DNA of 61,677 bases, filler included. It is 5 parts of 5 records of this genome, joined end to end, with 100 filler letters (N's around TTAATTAATTAA, not from the genome) between each part and the next. Parts side by side here need not be neighbours in the genome. Positions count along the whole stretch, not along the records: positions 37,060 to 45,865 come from SRR20825019_2628; positions 45,966 to 61,677 come from SRR20825019_2635; 3 more parts are not named here. The stretch is one strand, 5' to 3'. The position numbers were made by a program, and so were the translations under genes. A model generated the notes under the pieces. The model was not told the DNA's origin and searched no databases. It was given only the letters and a program-made list of their open reading frames with translations. Of this stretch, positions 43,793 through 56,400 are shown one piece after another; position 1 is the stretch's first letter, and each line of letters starts with the position of its first letter.

Positions 43793-44820
43793 TCGGCCGC
43801 CATCTCGGCTTCGATTTGGCTCTTGGCCGCGCGGGTCAGGATCTGCCTGACGCGGGAGACGCCGAGATCGTGCTGATAGAGCATTTCCCGCTTGCGTGCG
43901 TCGTCGGGCATGCCCTCCAGCATCACCCGGTCCTGCTCGAGCACGTCCCAATGGGTCTTTTCCAGACGCGCCCGATAAAGGAACCGCCAGCTTTCGCGGG
44001 CAAGCCCCGAGACCTTGCGCATGCGCCAGAAGAAGACCTTGCAGGTGGTGGCATCGACGGGCGTGACAAAGCCGATGATGCGGAACACGCCGCCCGGACC
44101 GGCTGCCGGCGGATAGGGGATTTCAAGGAAACAGAACATCGAGCCCGGATGAACCTCGAACTCGGTCCAGTCGAAATTTTCGCCTACCTGCCCCACGCGG
44201 CTGACCCGGAAACCCGTGTCGGTCTTGTCGAGCTTCATCAGGTCCTGCTTGGAGCCGAAGGCAAGCGTGAAGCTTTCCGCATGCAGGTAGCAGCCATGCA
44301 TCGGGTCTGCGAGATTGTCGAGCGCGTAGCGGTAGTTGGTCTTCCACTCGCCGGTGCACAGAAAGCCCGTCCAGGCCTCATCGGTCAGCTCTTTCGGCAG
44401 CGCCAGCGGCGGCGCTTCGGGCTGTTCTGCGGAGGGTATGTAGACGAATACGGCATCGCCAGCTTCCGCCACCTCAAAGGATTTAAGCGCCTTGCGCCCT
44501 TCCAGCGCGCATTCGGGCATGGCCGGAACCCGCACCACCACACCCTCGCCATTCACGACAACACCATGATACCGGCAGCCGATATTGCCCTCGTGAATTT
44601 CGCCGTAGGAGAGCGGCGCGCCGCGATGTGGGCAGAAATCCTCCACGCAGCGCAGCCGGTTCTCCGCATCGCGCCACAGGACAATCCTGTTTCCGAGCAC
44701 GCGTGTTCCATAGGGTCTGCTCGCCTTGACCTCCACCGATTTGGCCACCGGGTACCACTGGCCATGCAGACCGGTGTTCACCCGCTCCTCGATCAGCGAT
44801 TTCTTGTCGATGCCTGTCAT
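43789..44820 (-). CDS. Rieske non-heme iron oxygenase alpha subunit (VanA-like)
   Basis: CPHRG...CRYHG [2Fe-2S] ligands; DNLADPMHGCYLH and EQD mononuclear Fe site. Confidence 0.93.
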   Translation of the reverse strand: MTGIDKKSLIEERVNTGLHGQWYPVAKSVEVKASRPYGTRVLGNRIVLWRDAENRLRCVEDFCPHRGAPLSYGEIHEGNIGCRYHGVVVNGEGVVVRVPAMPECALEGRKALKSFEVAEAGDAVFVYIPSAEQPEAPPLALPKELTDEAWTGFLCTGEWKTNYRYALDNLADPMHGCYLHAESFTLAFGSKQDLMKLDKTDTGFRVSRVGQVGENFDWTEFEVHPGSMFCFLEIPYPPAAGPGGVFRIIGFVTPVDATTCKVFFWRMRKVSGLARESWRFLYRARLEKTHWDVLEQDRVMLEGMPDDARKREMLYQHDLGVSRVRQILTRAAKSQIEAEMAAE

Positions 44821-44909
44821 GTCCGTCTCCGTACTGGATCCCGGAAGCCTCCCGCCTCCGGTGGTCTTGTTTGTTCAAAGCCAGCTTCGGGCCACTGTCT
44901 TGCGCCGGT

Positions 44910-45740
44910 CTAATGCTGGGCTTTCGGCAGATAGTGCAGCACCCGTTCCTCGATCCGCACGAGCACCGTGTAGAGCAGGAAGCCGATCACGGTCAGAAGC
45001 ACGATGGCGTTGAAGACCATCGCCGCATTCGCCTGTCCGCCGCCGTAGGAAATCAGGAAGCCGAGCCCGGTGTTTCCGCCCACCAGTTCGCCAACCGTCA
45101 CACCGATCACCGCAAGCGTGGATGCGATCCGGAGCCCGGCCATCAGATTGGGCAGGGTCGATGGCATCTCGACCTTCATGAAAATGCCCCAGCGGGAAAG
45201 GTTGTAGGCACGTGCCAGATTGACCAGATCACGGTCGACCGTGCGCATGGCCTGCAGCACATTGACCAGAACGGGAAAGAACACGATCAACACGGTCACT
45301 AGAAGCTTCGGCATGGCGTTGTAGCCGAACCACATGATGAACAGCGGCGCGAAGGCAACCTTCGGAGCGATTTGCAGCGCCAGGATGTAGGGCGAAAGCA
45401 CCTTCTCCCAGAACTCCGACATGCCGAGCAGATAGCCGATCACCGCACCAAGCAGGCTTCCGATGGCAAAGCCGAGAACCGTATAGAGCGCCGTCGAGAG
45501 CGTGTGGCCCACCAACCCTTCCTGAAGCAGCATGCGCTTCATCTCGATGAGGCAGTCCGTCACCGTCGGGATGATGAATTTCGGCACCCCGAGCGCCGGT
45601 GGCAGGAACTGCCAGGCGAGCAAAACGAGCACCAGAAGCGCCAGACTGGCCAGATATGTCTTACTCTGCGAACTCATAACGGGCTTTGCCACCTCGGCCG
45701 GGGCTTTCGCCCCGGTCTCCATCGAAACCACCTGTGTCAT
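44910..45740 (-). CDS. ABC transporter permease, NitT/TauT family
   Basis: PKVAFAPLFIMWFG, FFPVLVN, GLRIA...VGELVGGNTGLG. Confidence 0.92.
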   Translation of the reverse strand: MTQVVSMETGAKAPAEVAKPVMSSQSKTYLASLALLVLVLLAWQFLPPALGVPKFIIPTVTDCLIEMKRMLLQEGLVGHTLSTALYTVLGFAIGSLLGAVIGYLLGMSEFWEKVLSPYILALQIAPKVAFAPLFIMWFGYNAMPKLLVTVLIVFFPVLVNVLQAMRTVDRDLVNLARAYNLSRWGIFMKVEMPSTLPNLMAGLRIASTLAVIGVTVGELVGGNTGLGFLISYGGGQANAAMVFNAIVLLTVIGFLLYTVLVRIEERVLHYLPKAQH

Positions 45741-45865
45741 TGGACGAATTCGTTCGTGTAAAGATCATCGATCGGAACGGCGGTCTGGACGATGCCGTTG
45801 TCGACATAGAATGCCTGCACCTTGCCGATGCGTGTCGGATCGAATGCCCCGAGCGGCTGGTTCTC
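45737..45865 (-). CDS. C-terminal end of the ABC substrate-binding protein (NMT1/THI5-like)
   Basis: ENQPLGAFDPTRIGKVQAFYVDNGIVQTAVPIDDLYTNEFVQ*; ATGA overlap with the permease. Confidence 0.75.
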   Translation of the reverse strand, partial: ENQPLGAFDPTRIGKVQAFYVDNGIVQTAVPIDDLYTNEFVQ

Positions 45866-45965
45866 NNNNNNNNNNNNNNNNNNNNNNNNNNNNNNNNNNN
45901 NNNNNNNNNTTAATTAATTAANNNNNNNNNNNNNNNNNNNNNNNNNNNNNNNNNNNNNNNNNNNN
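45866..45965. other. Artificial contig spacer (bacterium to eukaryote switch)
   Basis: 44 N + TTAATTAATTAA + 44 N. Confidence 0.98.
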
Positions 45966-46700
45966 CCCCCCCCCCCCCCCCCCCCCCCCCCATTCGGGGG
46001 GACCACGGCCCGGCGCCGGGTGTACGGGGTCGGCTGCCTCCCGGGTCACCGCTGCGCTGGCGTTCATCGCCCGGACCACTGCGACCGCCGGTCACGGCCG
46101 GGGGCCGCCCGGCTGCAGTGCGCTGAGTGGCTTCCGATCCACTGAGCCGGCCGGCCCGGCTCAACTGACCCCGAGGCATGGCCGCCGGACGACACGGCCA
46201 CGGGGTGCGGCCGCCTCCCGGCAGTCCAGCCCTGCCAGTGCTGAGCCCGCCCCAGTGGGCCGGCGGGGTCCCGTGGCGCCGCCGGGGTCCGGAACGCACC
46301 ACGGCGGCGAGGCCACTGGTGCGCACCCCGCCCGGGCGCCCGGGCGCCGGCCGGGCGGCGGGCCTGGACGGCCAGCTGCCCCCCCCGCCGCCGGGCCCGG
46401 GCCGCCGCCGCCGCCCCCCGAGCCGGAGCCCCCTCCCCCCCGCCGGCCCCTCGGACCGGACCTTTCTTCCGGTGCGGTCGGAGCGCCACTCAACCAGTCG
46501 TGGGCTTCAACTTGCCCGGCGGCGCCTGACCGGACACATGAATTGGCCGCCCGTCCCGTCCCGGGCGTGCCCGTCCCGTCGGGCTCGGCAGTCAGTGGGC
46601 CGTAATGGTACCAGAATGAGTGGAGCCGCCTAGGCTGTGCCCGACCAACTATCAAATAAATACGGACAGCCCTCCAGTACACTACAGCACTTGACCCAGC

Positions 46701-48530
46701 ATGAGTGAAAGCCCGTGGTCGTTTCTTTCCCCAGGTAGGCGACGACTGTCCGAGTGAGCGCGCCTGGCCCCACCCGGCCCCGCCACCCCGCGCGGCATGG
46801 CTGAGGGCTTCCTCGGCCCCTCGGGTTACGGACGGTAGACTAACAACTGTCGCACAGACCGCAAGGTGCTGGACGCTGGCATGTCTGGCTCCAAGAGCCT
46901 GTCTGCCATGGCCCGCAAGGACAAAGTCACCTTCTATAGCGATGCTGACGAGGAGATCAACTCACACGCCATCTTTGACCTGAACAAGGCTTCACAGGTT
47001 GTTCGTGAGGTAGGCAGACCTGTGCCCCACCCCAGCATGGATAATAGGACCTCCGCCGGCTTACTGCAAATGACTGACGGCCGCCCTTCCTCCCTCCCCA
47101 GGTGCACCTCCAGAACCAGTGTAACCACGTGGTCGCCCTCTCCGACGACAGCAGGGACAAGCTGTTCCGCATGGACGTGGAGAGAGGCACCGTTGTGGGC
47201 GAATATGTGAGGCTGTGGCGTGCGGTGCGTGCGGGGCCGACTGACGACCATGCCAGGGTGTCCGCGCGGGGGACAACGATGCGATCAACGTGTTGACGAT
47301 GACCCCTGGGACCAAGTACAGCCTTCGCGATGATATGGTGCGAGATGATGCTGGTGGTGTATGGTCAGGGTGGCACCCTGTCTGACGAATGAATACAGAA
47401 CGGTGACGTGCTCAACTATTACGGTGTGGGCGGCGGTGCGCAGGGCAGCTCCCACACCTCCACTAGCAACAGCACCATCATGCAGGTCACGATCGACACC
47501 CGCGTCAAGGACCCGTTCAACGTCGCGGATGACAATAGGTGCGGATGGGTTCTCGATGGGGCGCCCCACTGGGGCTGATGGTGGTTCCCCTGACGCTGTT
47601 CTTACAGCCGGGACTATAAGACATCACGCTTCACCTGCATTTCCACGAGCAGGTACGGCCACCTCGCGGCGGGCTCCGAGGACGGCACCGTGCGGCTGTA
47701 CACCGATGTCCACAGCAAGGCGAGCGCAAAGATGATGATCGACACCTACAAAGTTGGTAAGAAGAACAGTGAGATGACGTTGCTGTCCGCGGCATTGACG
47801 GGGTGATAGGCCTGCCCGTGCTGGGCATAGACCTCTCTGTGAGGGGAGACCTGCTCTGCTGGACGTACAAGTCGTACGTGATCGTCACCAGGCTTTCCAA
47901 GGACCACTGGACCAAGGGAAAGAAGGCAGCCGGCGGAGTGAGTACCAAACGATGCCCGGCGTGTTCGTGAGCGGGGGAGACTGCTAATCGGGACTGTAAA
48001 TAGGAGCCGGTCATGGTCAAACTGGTGATCAGCAGCGCGGACGTGCAGAAGCACGGCCTATCCATGACTGAGGTAAGTTGTACGCAGCAGGGCTCACCTC
48101 ACCGTCGGCCCAAGCCACGGCGAAACTGAAAGACTCCAAATGCTCATGCTGCCATCTATTAGTGCACGTTCCTGCCGGCCAAGTTCGACGCAGGAGCCTC
48201 GATCAATCCAGATGACAGCGACATCGTGGAGGAGTACATCGTTTCCTTCTTCGGCCCGGTCCGATGCACGTGGGGGCTCAGAAAAATTGAAAAATTATTC
48301 GGGTGGGCAGGGGTCGCGTCTTTTTACTAATTACGCCATCTCACTCGTGTGGCAGAGAGCTGGAGGAAGCCCGCGCGGAGGGGAACGATAGCGTGAGGAA
48401 TGAGTTCCCCGCCAAGGCGATCGCCCACAATCACAACAACCTGGTTTACTTCACCCCGGAGACTGGCCGCGACAAGACCGATGTCATGGGTCTTACCGAC
48501 GGCCTCCTTCATCTCAAGGTGGACAACTAA
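46701..48530 (+). CDS. VID27: VID27/CYPRO4-like protein (C-terminal beta-propeller only), multi-intron
   Basis: Spliced peptides KLFRMDVERGTVVGEY, IDTR, FTCISTSRYGHLAAGSEDGTVRLY...AK, GLPVLGIDLS, FLPAKF match the Vid27 C-terminal pattern; TAA 48530. Confidence 0.75.
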
Positions 48531-48573
48531 ACGGTACCATAGCGCACCCTTGATCGGCATCGTGCCACCGCTC

Positions 48574-48651
48574 CACGGCTGCACATCGGCCTATTACACG
48601 GTGCATATCGGCCTATTACACGACTGCACATCGGCCTATTACACGGCTGCA
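48574..48651. repeat. 22-23 bp minisatellite x3 between convergent 3' ends
   Basis: TGCA(C/T)ATCGGCCTATTACACG units at 48580, 48602 and 48625. Confidence 0.9.
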
Positions 48652-48752
48652 GTCGCCTACGGTATCTTCATGGGGCACGGGGCATCCCGTCCGGGGCTGA
48701 GCATGGACTTCGCGGGCTGAGCATGGATGGATCTCTCACCTTGGTAACATCA

Positions 48753-49544
48753 TTACTTGGCGAACATCATGGTTGCCAGGAAGGTGTCCGCCAGCCCGTC
48801 CGCCTGCATGAACTCGGCCCGGTCAATGCTTCCATTACCGTCCGTGTCGAATATGCACCACACGTTCTCCAACACCTCACGGATCCCAGTCACTTCCCGC
48901 GGCCGCCCCAGCCCGAACGACTTGCAGAGGGCGCGCGTGACCTCCCCCTTGTCCAGGGTCCCGCTTCGGTCCTCATCCCAATAGTCGAACCACTGGGCCT
49001 TCTGTTGTAGAGCGGGCGGCGCCGACGGGGCAGCGCTCGGCCGCGGGAATGCGCTCAGTATGAACTGCATGAGGCCGCGCTGTGGGTGTATCATCTCGTT
49101 CTTATCGATGTAACCACTGCCATCGACATCCCACTGCTGCCAGAGGTCACTGAAGCTTTGCTCCAGCTCACGCCAGTTGATGGGGAGGGTGCTCTTGAGC
49201 ACATCCAACACCTCGTTCTTAGACAGCTTCTTGTCCCCGTTCAGGTCGACGACGTTGAACCAGCCGCTGCCGTCCTGAGCTGGGTCCGGAACAACGGTGA
49301 TCGCATCAAAGGCCACTCTGCAGATCGGGCACACACGCTGGGGCATCTGAGACAGGCAGCCCGAATGAAAGAAGTGGCGGCATGTTCGCTTCCTGCGCCG
49401 GGAGTCAACTAGGACAGCCACGGGGCTGCTGTAGAGAGGCTCGAAGCTGGGTTGCATATAGTAATAAGTTTTGAGTTCACACAGATCACGCAACATCACC
49501 TACCACACGGCACACTCCGCATGCTCGATCGCAGCACTTGACAT
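48753..49544 (-). CDS. RING-H2 finger + four EF-hand protein (one intron ~49447-49503)
   Basis: MSSAAIEHAECAVC|FEPLY...CRHFFHSGC...CPICR; EF loops DLNGDKKLSKNE, DVDGSGYIDKNE, DEDRSGTLDKGE, DTDGNGSIDRAE. Confidence 0.88.
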
Positions 49545-50412
49545 TTATGTTAGGCTAAGGGCCGAGTGTTACGTGAGTGTCGCCTACTGGTGTTGACTCC
49601 ATACTTACATATCGACTCCACTCAAAGGGAAACCTTGCCGAGGGGCCGAACATCCCCTTGGCCAGGAGTGGGTTGCCTAACTCTGGCTGGCCGCGCGTCC
49701 CCGGGCGGGGGTACCCGCGGCGTCACCCGCGGCGGACGGGCCCGCAGTGGCGCGCCTCCCGGCCGCGGCCGCGTGGGCCGGTCCGGGTCCGGCACCTCTC
49801 GCGGCCCGTAGTGACGGCCCGGGCCTTGGACCGTCGCGCTGACGGCGTGCCAAGCAGGGCCGGTCTGCGCTGGCCGGGCGCGGGCCCGGCCGGCCGCCGG
49901 CGGCCCGGCCGGGGGCGTCGACCGCCGCCGCGGCTGGTCAGTGGATAGGGCGCCTCACAACTCCTGGCCACTCCGATGAGACTGGAGTCAGCGACTGGCA
50001 CTCGGCCGGCGCGATCCGCCGTTTGGAACTTTCCAAGTCGGAATGACACAGTGACTGCTATTATTAGATGCTCAGTTCCAAGAATGGAATAATGTCGGAT
50101 ACCCGGATTCATGACGGCTGCCTCATCGTCACGGATCGGATTGTTAATTCTGCAGCAGGTCTCACCCTCTGATCGTCGCGTCGCCGCCTGACCGGCGTGA
50201 TCGCCCGCGTCCGGCAGTCCCGCTGATGAAGCAGCCGGGTTACGGTGGCTGGCCGAGCTATCAAACTTGACAAGTCCAATACCGGAGCACCGCCGCCCAC
50301 ACTCACAGGATCCCGGCCACGCGGCACTCATCCCACTGCACGAACGAAGGATATGCGTATGAGAAAGCAATACTTGCTAACATTTAGTAGTCTATTGATA
50401 CACGGGCACGCA

Positions 50413-53400
50413 TCACACGGTCGTGACGCCGCCCTCGCCGGTGGCAGCCGCGGGCTTCTTCTTCTTGTTTTCCTGCTTCTGTTTCTTCTTTGCGAGTTTA
50501 TCTGCGAACGCATCGACGTGGTCCACCTTCTCCTCCTCCGATTCGCTGTTGTCATCGCCGCCGTGCAGGAGCAGCCCGATGTTCTCATCGTCGTCCATCG
50601 CCTCAGACATCGCCTTACGAAGCTTGATCTCCCGCGCATCCTGGCAAATAGCAAAGCACCAGCACAACCTAATGTCGCGGTCAGTCCATGGGTGCTCCAA
50701 GCCCCTCCACTCATCGAATACACAGCGGCATTCCCAACTTGATCACCCCCACCAACACAACAGGACAGATACACAGTCATCCCAGAGCCTAGCCCCACAC
50801 CAATCATCATGGTCACCTACCCTGCCGCGACGAAGTCCTTCCACTCGGGCGCGTCGATCTGATACTTGATGCGGAGTGACCGCCGGTTATAGTACTCATA
50901 GCAGGGGTGCGTGCAGCAGTAGTCAGACGCAGTGACCTTACGATTCTCCAGCGCCGCCTTGTTCATCACCACCATCATGGGGCAGCATAAACCCTCCACC
51001 ATAATCTTGATATCGCTGTGGACGGCGTAGAGCGGAGTCTGGAAGCTCTCCGGGAGGGTCCTCTTCTCCATCACGAACTTCTGCCGCATCACGGTCTTAT
51101 TGTCTGAGGGAAAACACAGGTTAGTCATCGGTCGTAAACTGGCCTTGCACCAGAGCCACGAGGCCTCTTACCATATACGAAGACCAAGAAGTGAGTGAGG
51201 ATATTGGCGTTGATCTCGATGATATCAAGGTCCAGTGTTTTGATGCCCTTCTGCTCCATCTCCAGCAGATCCGCAATCTCAATCGATTTCCTGAATGTCA
51301 AGTCAGCCACAGCCCGGAGTCAGGTCACAGCCTCCTCACCTCAGGATACACTGGCGTTTCAGATTCGCAAACATCTCGTACTTGCCCGCGGTGTGCGACA
51401 GGAAGTAGAATTTGACCTTGCGCCTCACGTTCCGGGGCACTTTCGAATAGGAAATGACACCAAACTTCTCCAGCTTGGCATGCGACAGCCGGGCAAACGG
51501 GCCAAGGAACAGCTCTTTCACCTCTGGCCGCCACGTGCCCCTCATCATGTCTGAGGCGGACAGCACCGGCGGTTGGCCGATGGTCGTAAACACGGACGAG
51601 CGGATTTTCGGCGCCTTGTCGTCCGCGCTGGCAGTCATCACCGCTTCCTCCTCCTTCTTTTTCTTCTCCTCTTTTTGCTGGTTGGACAACGCGTGGAGTT
51701 GCTTCATCTGAGAGCAACAAGTCAGAACACCTCCCCAGTGCGTGCTACGGTGACTACAAACACAGACTACTAACCTTGTCTTTCTCCTCTTGGTCGCTGT
51801 CACTCTCCTCACGCTGCGCCTCCTCCTCGAAGCGAGATTTCTGAATCCGTCTCCGCATCGTCTTGGAGTCTTGCATCTTCTCCCACCGCGTTCTTGTCGT
51901 GGGCTGGTGCATCTGCGGGTCGAGGGACCGGGACTCAGCCTGGCGCAGGAACTGGTCGTACTTGTCGAGGCGGTCCGCCAGCTCACGCTTGGTGTCACGT
52001 GTGGTCCGGAGGGCGTTCCTCAGGTCATCCATCTCTCTCCTCATATCTGCAATCATCGCCACCTTGTCCGCCTGCCGCTCACGCATGACCCTCACCGTAT
52101 CCCGCACAAACCCAGCGTACGGGTCCTCCTCGTCACGCGTCTTCTGGATGAGGCGTGACTTTGCCAGGATAGGAAGATTGATGAGCAGATAGTCTGTGTA
52201 CTCCAGCGCTTGGTAGTTTCGGGTCGAGGACTCCTCCTCGTTCTCCGCCTTGACCATCTTCAGGAACTCCATCAGCTTGACACCATCGCTCCGCGCCAGA
52301 CCCTTCGAATGCGGAACCAACCGGACGAGGTCGTACAATTTCACACGGCATTCCTCCAGGATCCTCAACTGCTCGTCGATCACCTGTGCCTGCAGTGACT
52401 CCTCCTCCGCCGCCTCATCATTCTCCAGCAGCTCCTGGGTGAGCGCATCGCCTATCACCACCGAGGGAGGCACTGGGGCCGCGCAACTGGGGCACTTCAT
52501 TTGCGACAGGGACCGCGCCGTGACCTGCATGTACGCCGTGACTTCCTTCCCCATCCCCGCATCGAATTTGTCATCGGCAATCGTGATGCCTCCATGGTAC
52601 CGCTCCTCGAATGGCTTGAGGAGTTCCTTCACTTCTCGGTCCGTCATCGTGTGATTCTCCAGCCGTTCTCCGTTCTTCATGTATTCCTTGAGGAACTCAG
52701 GGTTGTAGTACTCCGAGAGGGCCATTTTGCCCGGGCGGAGGTGAACCACTACATCCTCCTTGCGATACCTCTCGATCTCATCCGCGTCAGGCACGCCGAG
52801 TCCCTTGAGCATGACCAGGTGGGCATCTGCGCCGATGGAGGCCACCCGCTTTGCCTCGAGGTACTTGTGATTCATCAGCGCCATGTGAATCGTCATGATG
52901 TCAGAGACTGGCATGATAATGTCAGCCTCGTACACCTCCATCCGCTTCAGCAGGTCGTAGTGCTGATCGAGGGACTTGGGCAGCTTGGTCAGGTTCTCGA
53001 TGAAGTTGACGTACTTGTGCTTGTTCCGCTCGAGGAACACATTAAACGGCACCATCCACTTGAGCGAGTTGGCATAGCGTAGCATGAGGCAGAAGTTCCT
53101 CAGGAGGTCGTTGACCTGACGAAGATTCTCTCGCATCGTTGCCGAAGGCCGGTCCTCCAGGATATTGAAGGGGGGTTCATTCGGCTTGTCGAACGCGGGC
53201 TGGAACACCTCTTCCCAGATGAAGGAGCCCACGGACGCATACAGCTCGTCGCTGGTCGCGTTGGGGTACTTGGTCCGCGCCTCGTTCAAGATTTCCTTAC
53301 TGAGCCAGCGCAGTCCAAATGGAAGTCTCTCCACAGCCGTCGATGTGAAGATCGTGTCAACAAACTGGGCCGCTGCCGCCGTCACCTTGCGCTGGCGCTC

Positions 53401-56400
53401 CTCGTACATCGCCGCCACCTCCGGGTTCTCCATCGCCTCCTCCGGGCTCAGCTGAGCGGCAAACGATTTGAGGTCCTCGCGGCCGTGCTTGCCCATGTGA
53501 GCAAGCAGCTGGTTGAGAATCATGTCCGGCCGCACATCGAGCGATACATCCTCGCCCTCGTTACGCTGGCCACGGAGTTCATTCACAAAGTCGTTCATAG
53601 GCCGCTGGACGATGCGCTGAATTGCCTCCACATTATCCTTGCGCTTGGCAAACGCGCGGAGAAGATCCTTTGTGATGTATGGTGGCTTCATGGCCGCCTG
53701 GAGGACGTTGCAATCCTGGAATTCCTTCACAAGGACACGGTCGATGAGGCGAAGGAGGGCCTCCGTCTCCCTATGTTTGATGGAATAAATGCTGTCGTTG
53801 ATGATGCGGATCAGGTCCAATTTCACGGACTTGTCGAGCTTGCTGCGATCATACACCTCGGCGCTGATGATCATATCATAGAAAGGCTTCGGCTCGAGAA
53901 TGAGATAACCAAACAACTTGTCATAGAGGACACGGTTCTTGAGCTTGTTGACCCCCCCTTCAGGCCGCAGCAAGCCGGAGATCTTCACGGCCACGTTCGA
54001 CTGAGCGGTGTAGTCAAACTCCACCACGTTCCTGATCCTGTCCTCCTTGCGTTGCATCTCCTTCTCATTGTACTCCAGCTGGAACACCTCCAGCTGGAGG
54101 GCGCCACGGAGCTTATTGACAACGGAGCGCTGTCCATCCAAATCGATGTTCATGGCCTGCTGCTCATTCTGCGAGAGAATGACAAGGTCATTCAGGTTCC
54201 CCTTGGTCTTGTTGTTCTGCAGGTTCTGTACATCATCCGCCGACAGGGCCGAGTCCTTCTCCGTCTTCTTGTACTCACGCAGAATGTCACCATCAATCAA
54301 TTCCGACACGCCCGACTGCCCCTGCCTGCGGAGGAGCGCCTCCACAGCACCAGACTGCGACACGGACGTAATAAGCGTCGGCTCCATGCGCGTCTCGGTG
54401 TCGTTGTGGCCCAGCCGGCCCTTGCTTCCGAAGCCCATCGAGTACAAGTCACCGTCGTGCGTTAGCAGAAGCGTGTGCGAGAGACCGCACGCCGCCGCCG
54501 TCACCTTCCTGCCCCGCATCTTGGACACTTCCTTGGGAATAGTGTAGTTCTTCGTGTCACCGTGCCCCAACTTGCCGTGCTCGCCCGAGCCGAACGAGAA
54601 TGCAATGCCCTCCTCGCTCACCGCCACCGTGTGAGAGTCACCGCAACTACCCTCGACCAAGATGTAACCTTGGAGCTCCTTGACAAAGGTCGGAATCATT
54701 ACATCCTTCATGTGGCCGTGTCCAAGCTGGCCGTAGTCGTTTCGCCCCCAGGCGAAGAACTCTCCGGACTCTGTCACCGCCACTGTATGGAACGACCCCG
54801 CCATGACCTTCTTGACTCGAAGACCCTGCAGGCCACTGAGAAAGTACGGCACTATTCTGTTCTTCTGATCGCCGTGACCGAGCCGCCCGTACAGCCCCGA
54901 GCCCCATGAATACACATTGCCCGTGTTCATAATGGCCACCGTGTGGGCCACACCGCACTGCGTCTGCTGCATGAGGACGCGCTCCAGGGGTCGCACCTTC
55001 TGGGGGACAGCCAAGTCCTGGCACTCGGGGTGACCCAGCTGACCGGACGAGCCCAGGCCCCACGTGAAATATTCCCCGTGGACCCCCACGGCCGCACTGT
55101 GCGACTCTCCGGCGGCTATGTCGACAACAACGATGCCACGCATGCCAATAACCTTCTTGGGTGAGCACCACTCATTCCTCTCGGAAACCTTGTTTCCAAG
55201 CTGGCCCTCGTCGTTCTTTCCCCATGCATACACGTGTCCATTAGACGTGAGCGCGAGAGAGTGGTTGGATCCCGCCGCGATCTTGACAACACCAAGACCG
55301 TGGAGGAGCTTCAGCTGGGTGGGCTTCTCCTTATCCTTGAAGTCACCCACGCCCAGTTGCCCCTTGTCGTTCGCACCCCACGCGTACATATCGTTGTTCG
55401 CGAGCAGGCATAGCGAATGGAAAGAACCACACGATATCTATGGAGTAAGCAAAAAATTAGAACCCGTGAGGGACTCGAACCATCGGGTTCATCCGGTGAA
55501 CACATCCCCACTCACCGCAATGATCTTCTTTTTCACAAGCGCGGCGGCCACGATGGGGCCAAGGCCGTCGATCGGGGACTTGTTGGCGCCAATCCGGGCC
55601 TTTCGCCAGGCCTGGAGCTCGGGTGACGGAAGATTCGACACGACCTCGTCCGCCAGCGCACCAATCTGCACGGGCACGGCAAGGTTCTTCACCTCGTCTC
55701 CGTGCCCGAGGCGGCCGTTGCCATTGTAACCCCATGAGTAACACCATCCCTCGTCACTCACGGCGATGGAGTGGAACGCCCCGGCGGATATCACGCAGAA
55801 TGCCTTGTTGCGGACATGCTCAATAAGCTTTGGCGTGAGGCTGTTCGTCTGGTCGCCGTGACCAAGCTTGCCATAACTACCGCCCCCCCATGAGTACAAA
55901 TGGCCCAGCTCCGTGCACGCCATAGTATGGAAGGCCCCGCAGTCGATCTGCTCCAAGCGTCAGTCACACACTCCCCAAGCTGGCACCTTCTCAGCCAGGA
56001 CAGAACCTCCACCCACCTGAATCATCTTGATGCCCTTGGTGCTGTTGATCATCACCGGGTTCAACATGTCGTTCGTGTCTCCGTTGCCTAGCTTGCCGTA
56101 GTCACCCATGCCCCATGCATAGACCTCCCCGCGAGAGGTCAGGCAGACCGAATGTGACTCTCCACATCCCACCTGGACCACGTCCTTGTTCTTTAGCGCC
56201 TGGATACACTTGGGTGTGAAGGTACCCACAGTATCACCAAAGCCCAGCCGCCCCCCACCACCAAACCCGAACGCAAACACCTCCTTGTTCGAGGTCAGCG
56301 CAATGGTATGCTTTGCTCCAGCCGACACCTGCGTGACCGGGTGGCCTTGCAGCGCTTCAATCACAGTCGGCTCAGACTCGTCACGATTCTTCCCGTGACC

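Noticed and set aside
27625-45965. Bacterial operons between eukaryotic genes as a horizontal transfer island
   Set aside because: Every boundary is an artificial N/TTAATTAATTAA spacer, and the bacterial genes show no introns or amelioration.
48574-48651. Possible mini CRISPR array
   Set aside because: Units are directly adjacent with no spacers, there are no cas genes, and the contig is eukaryotic.
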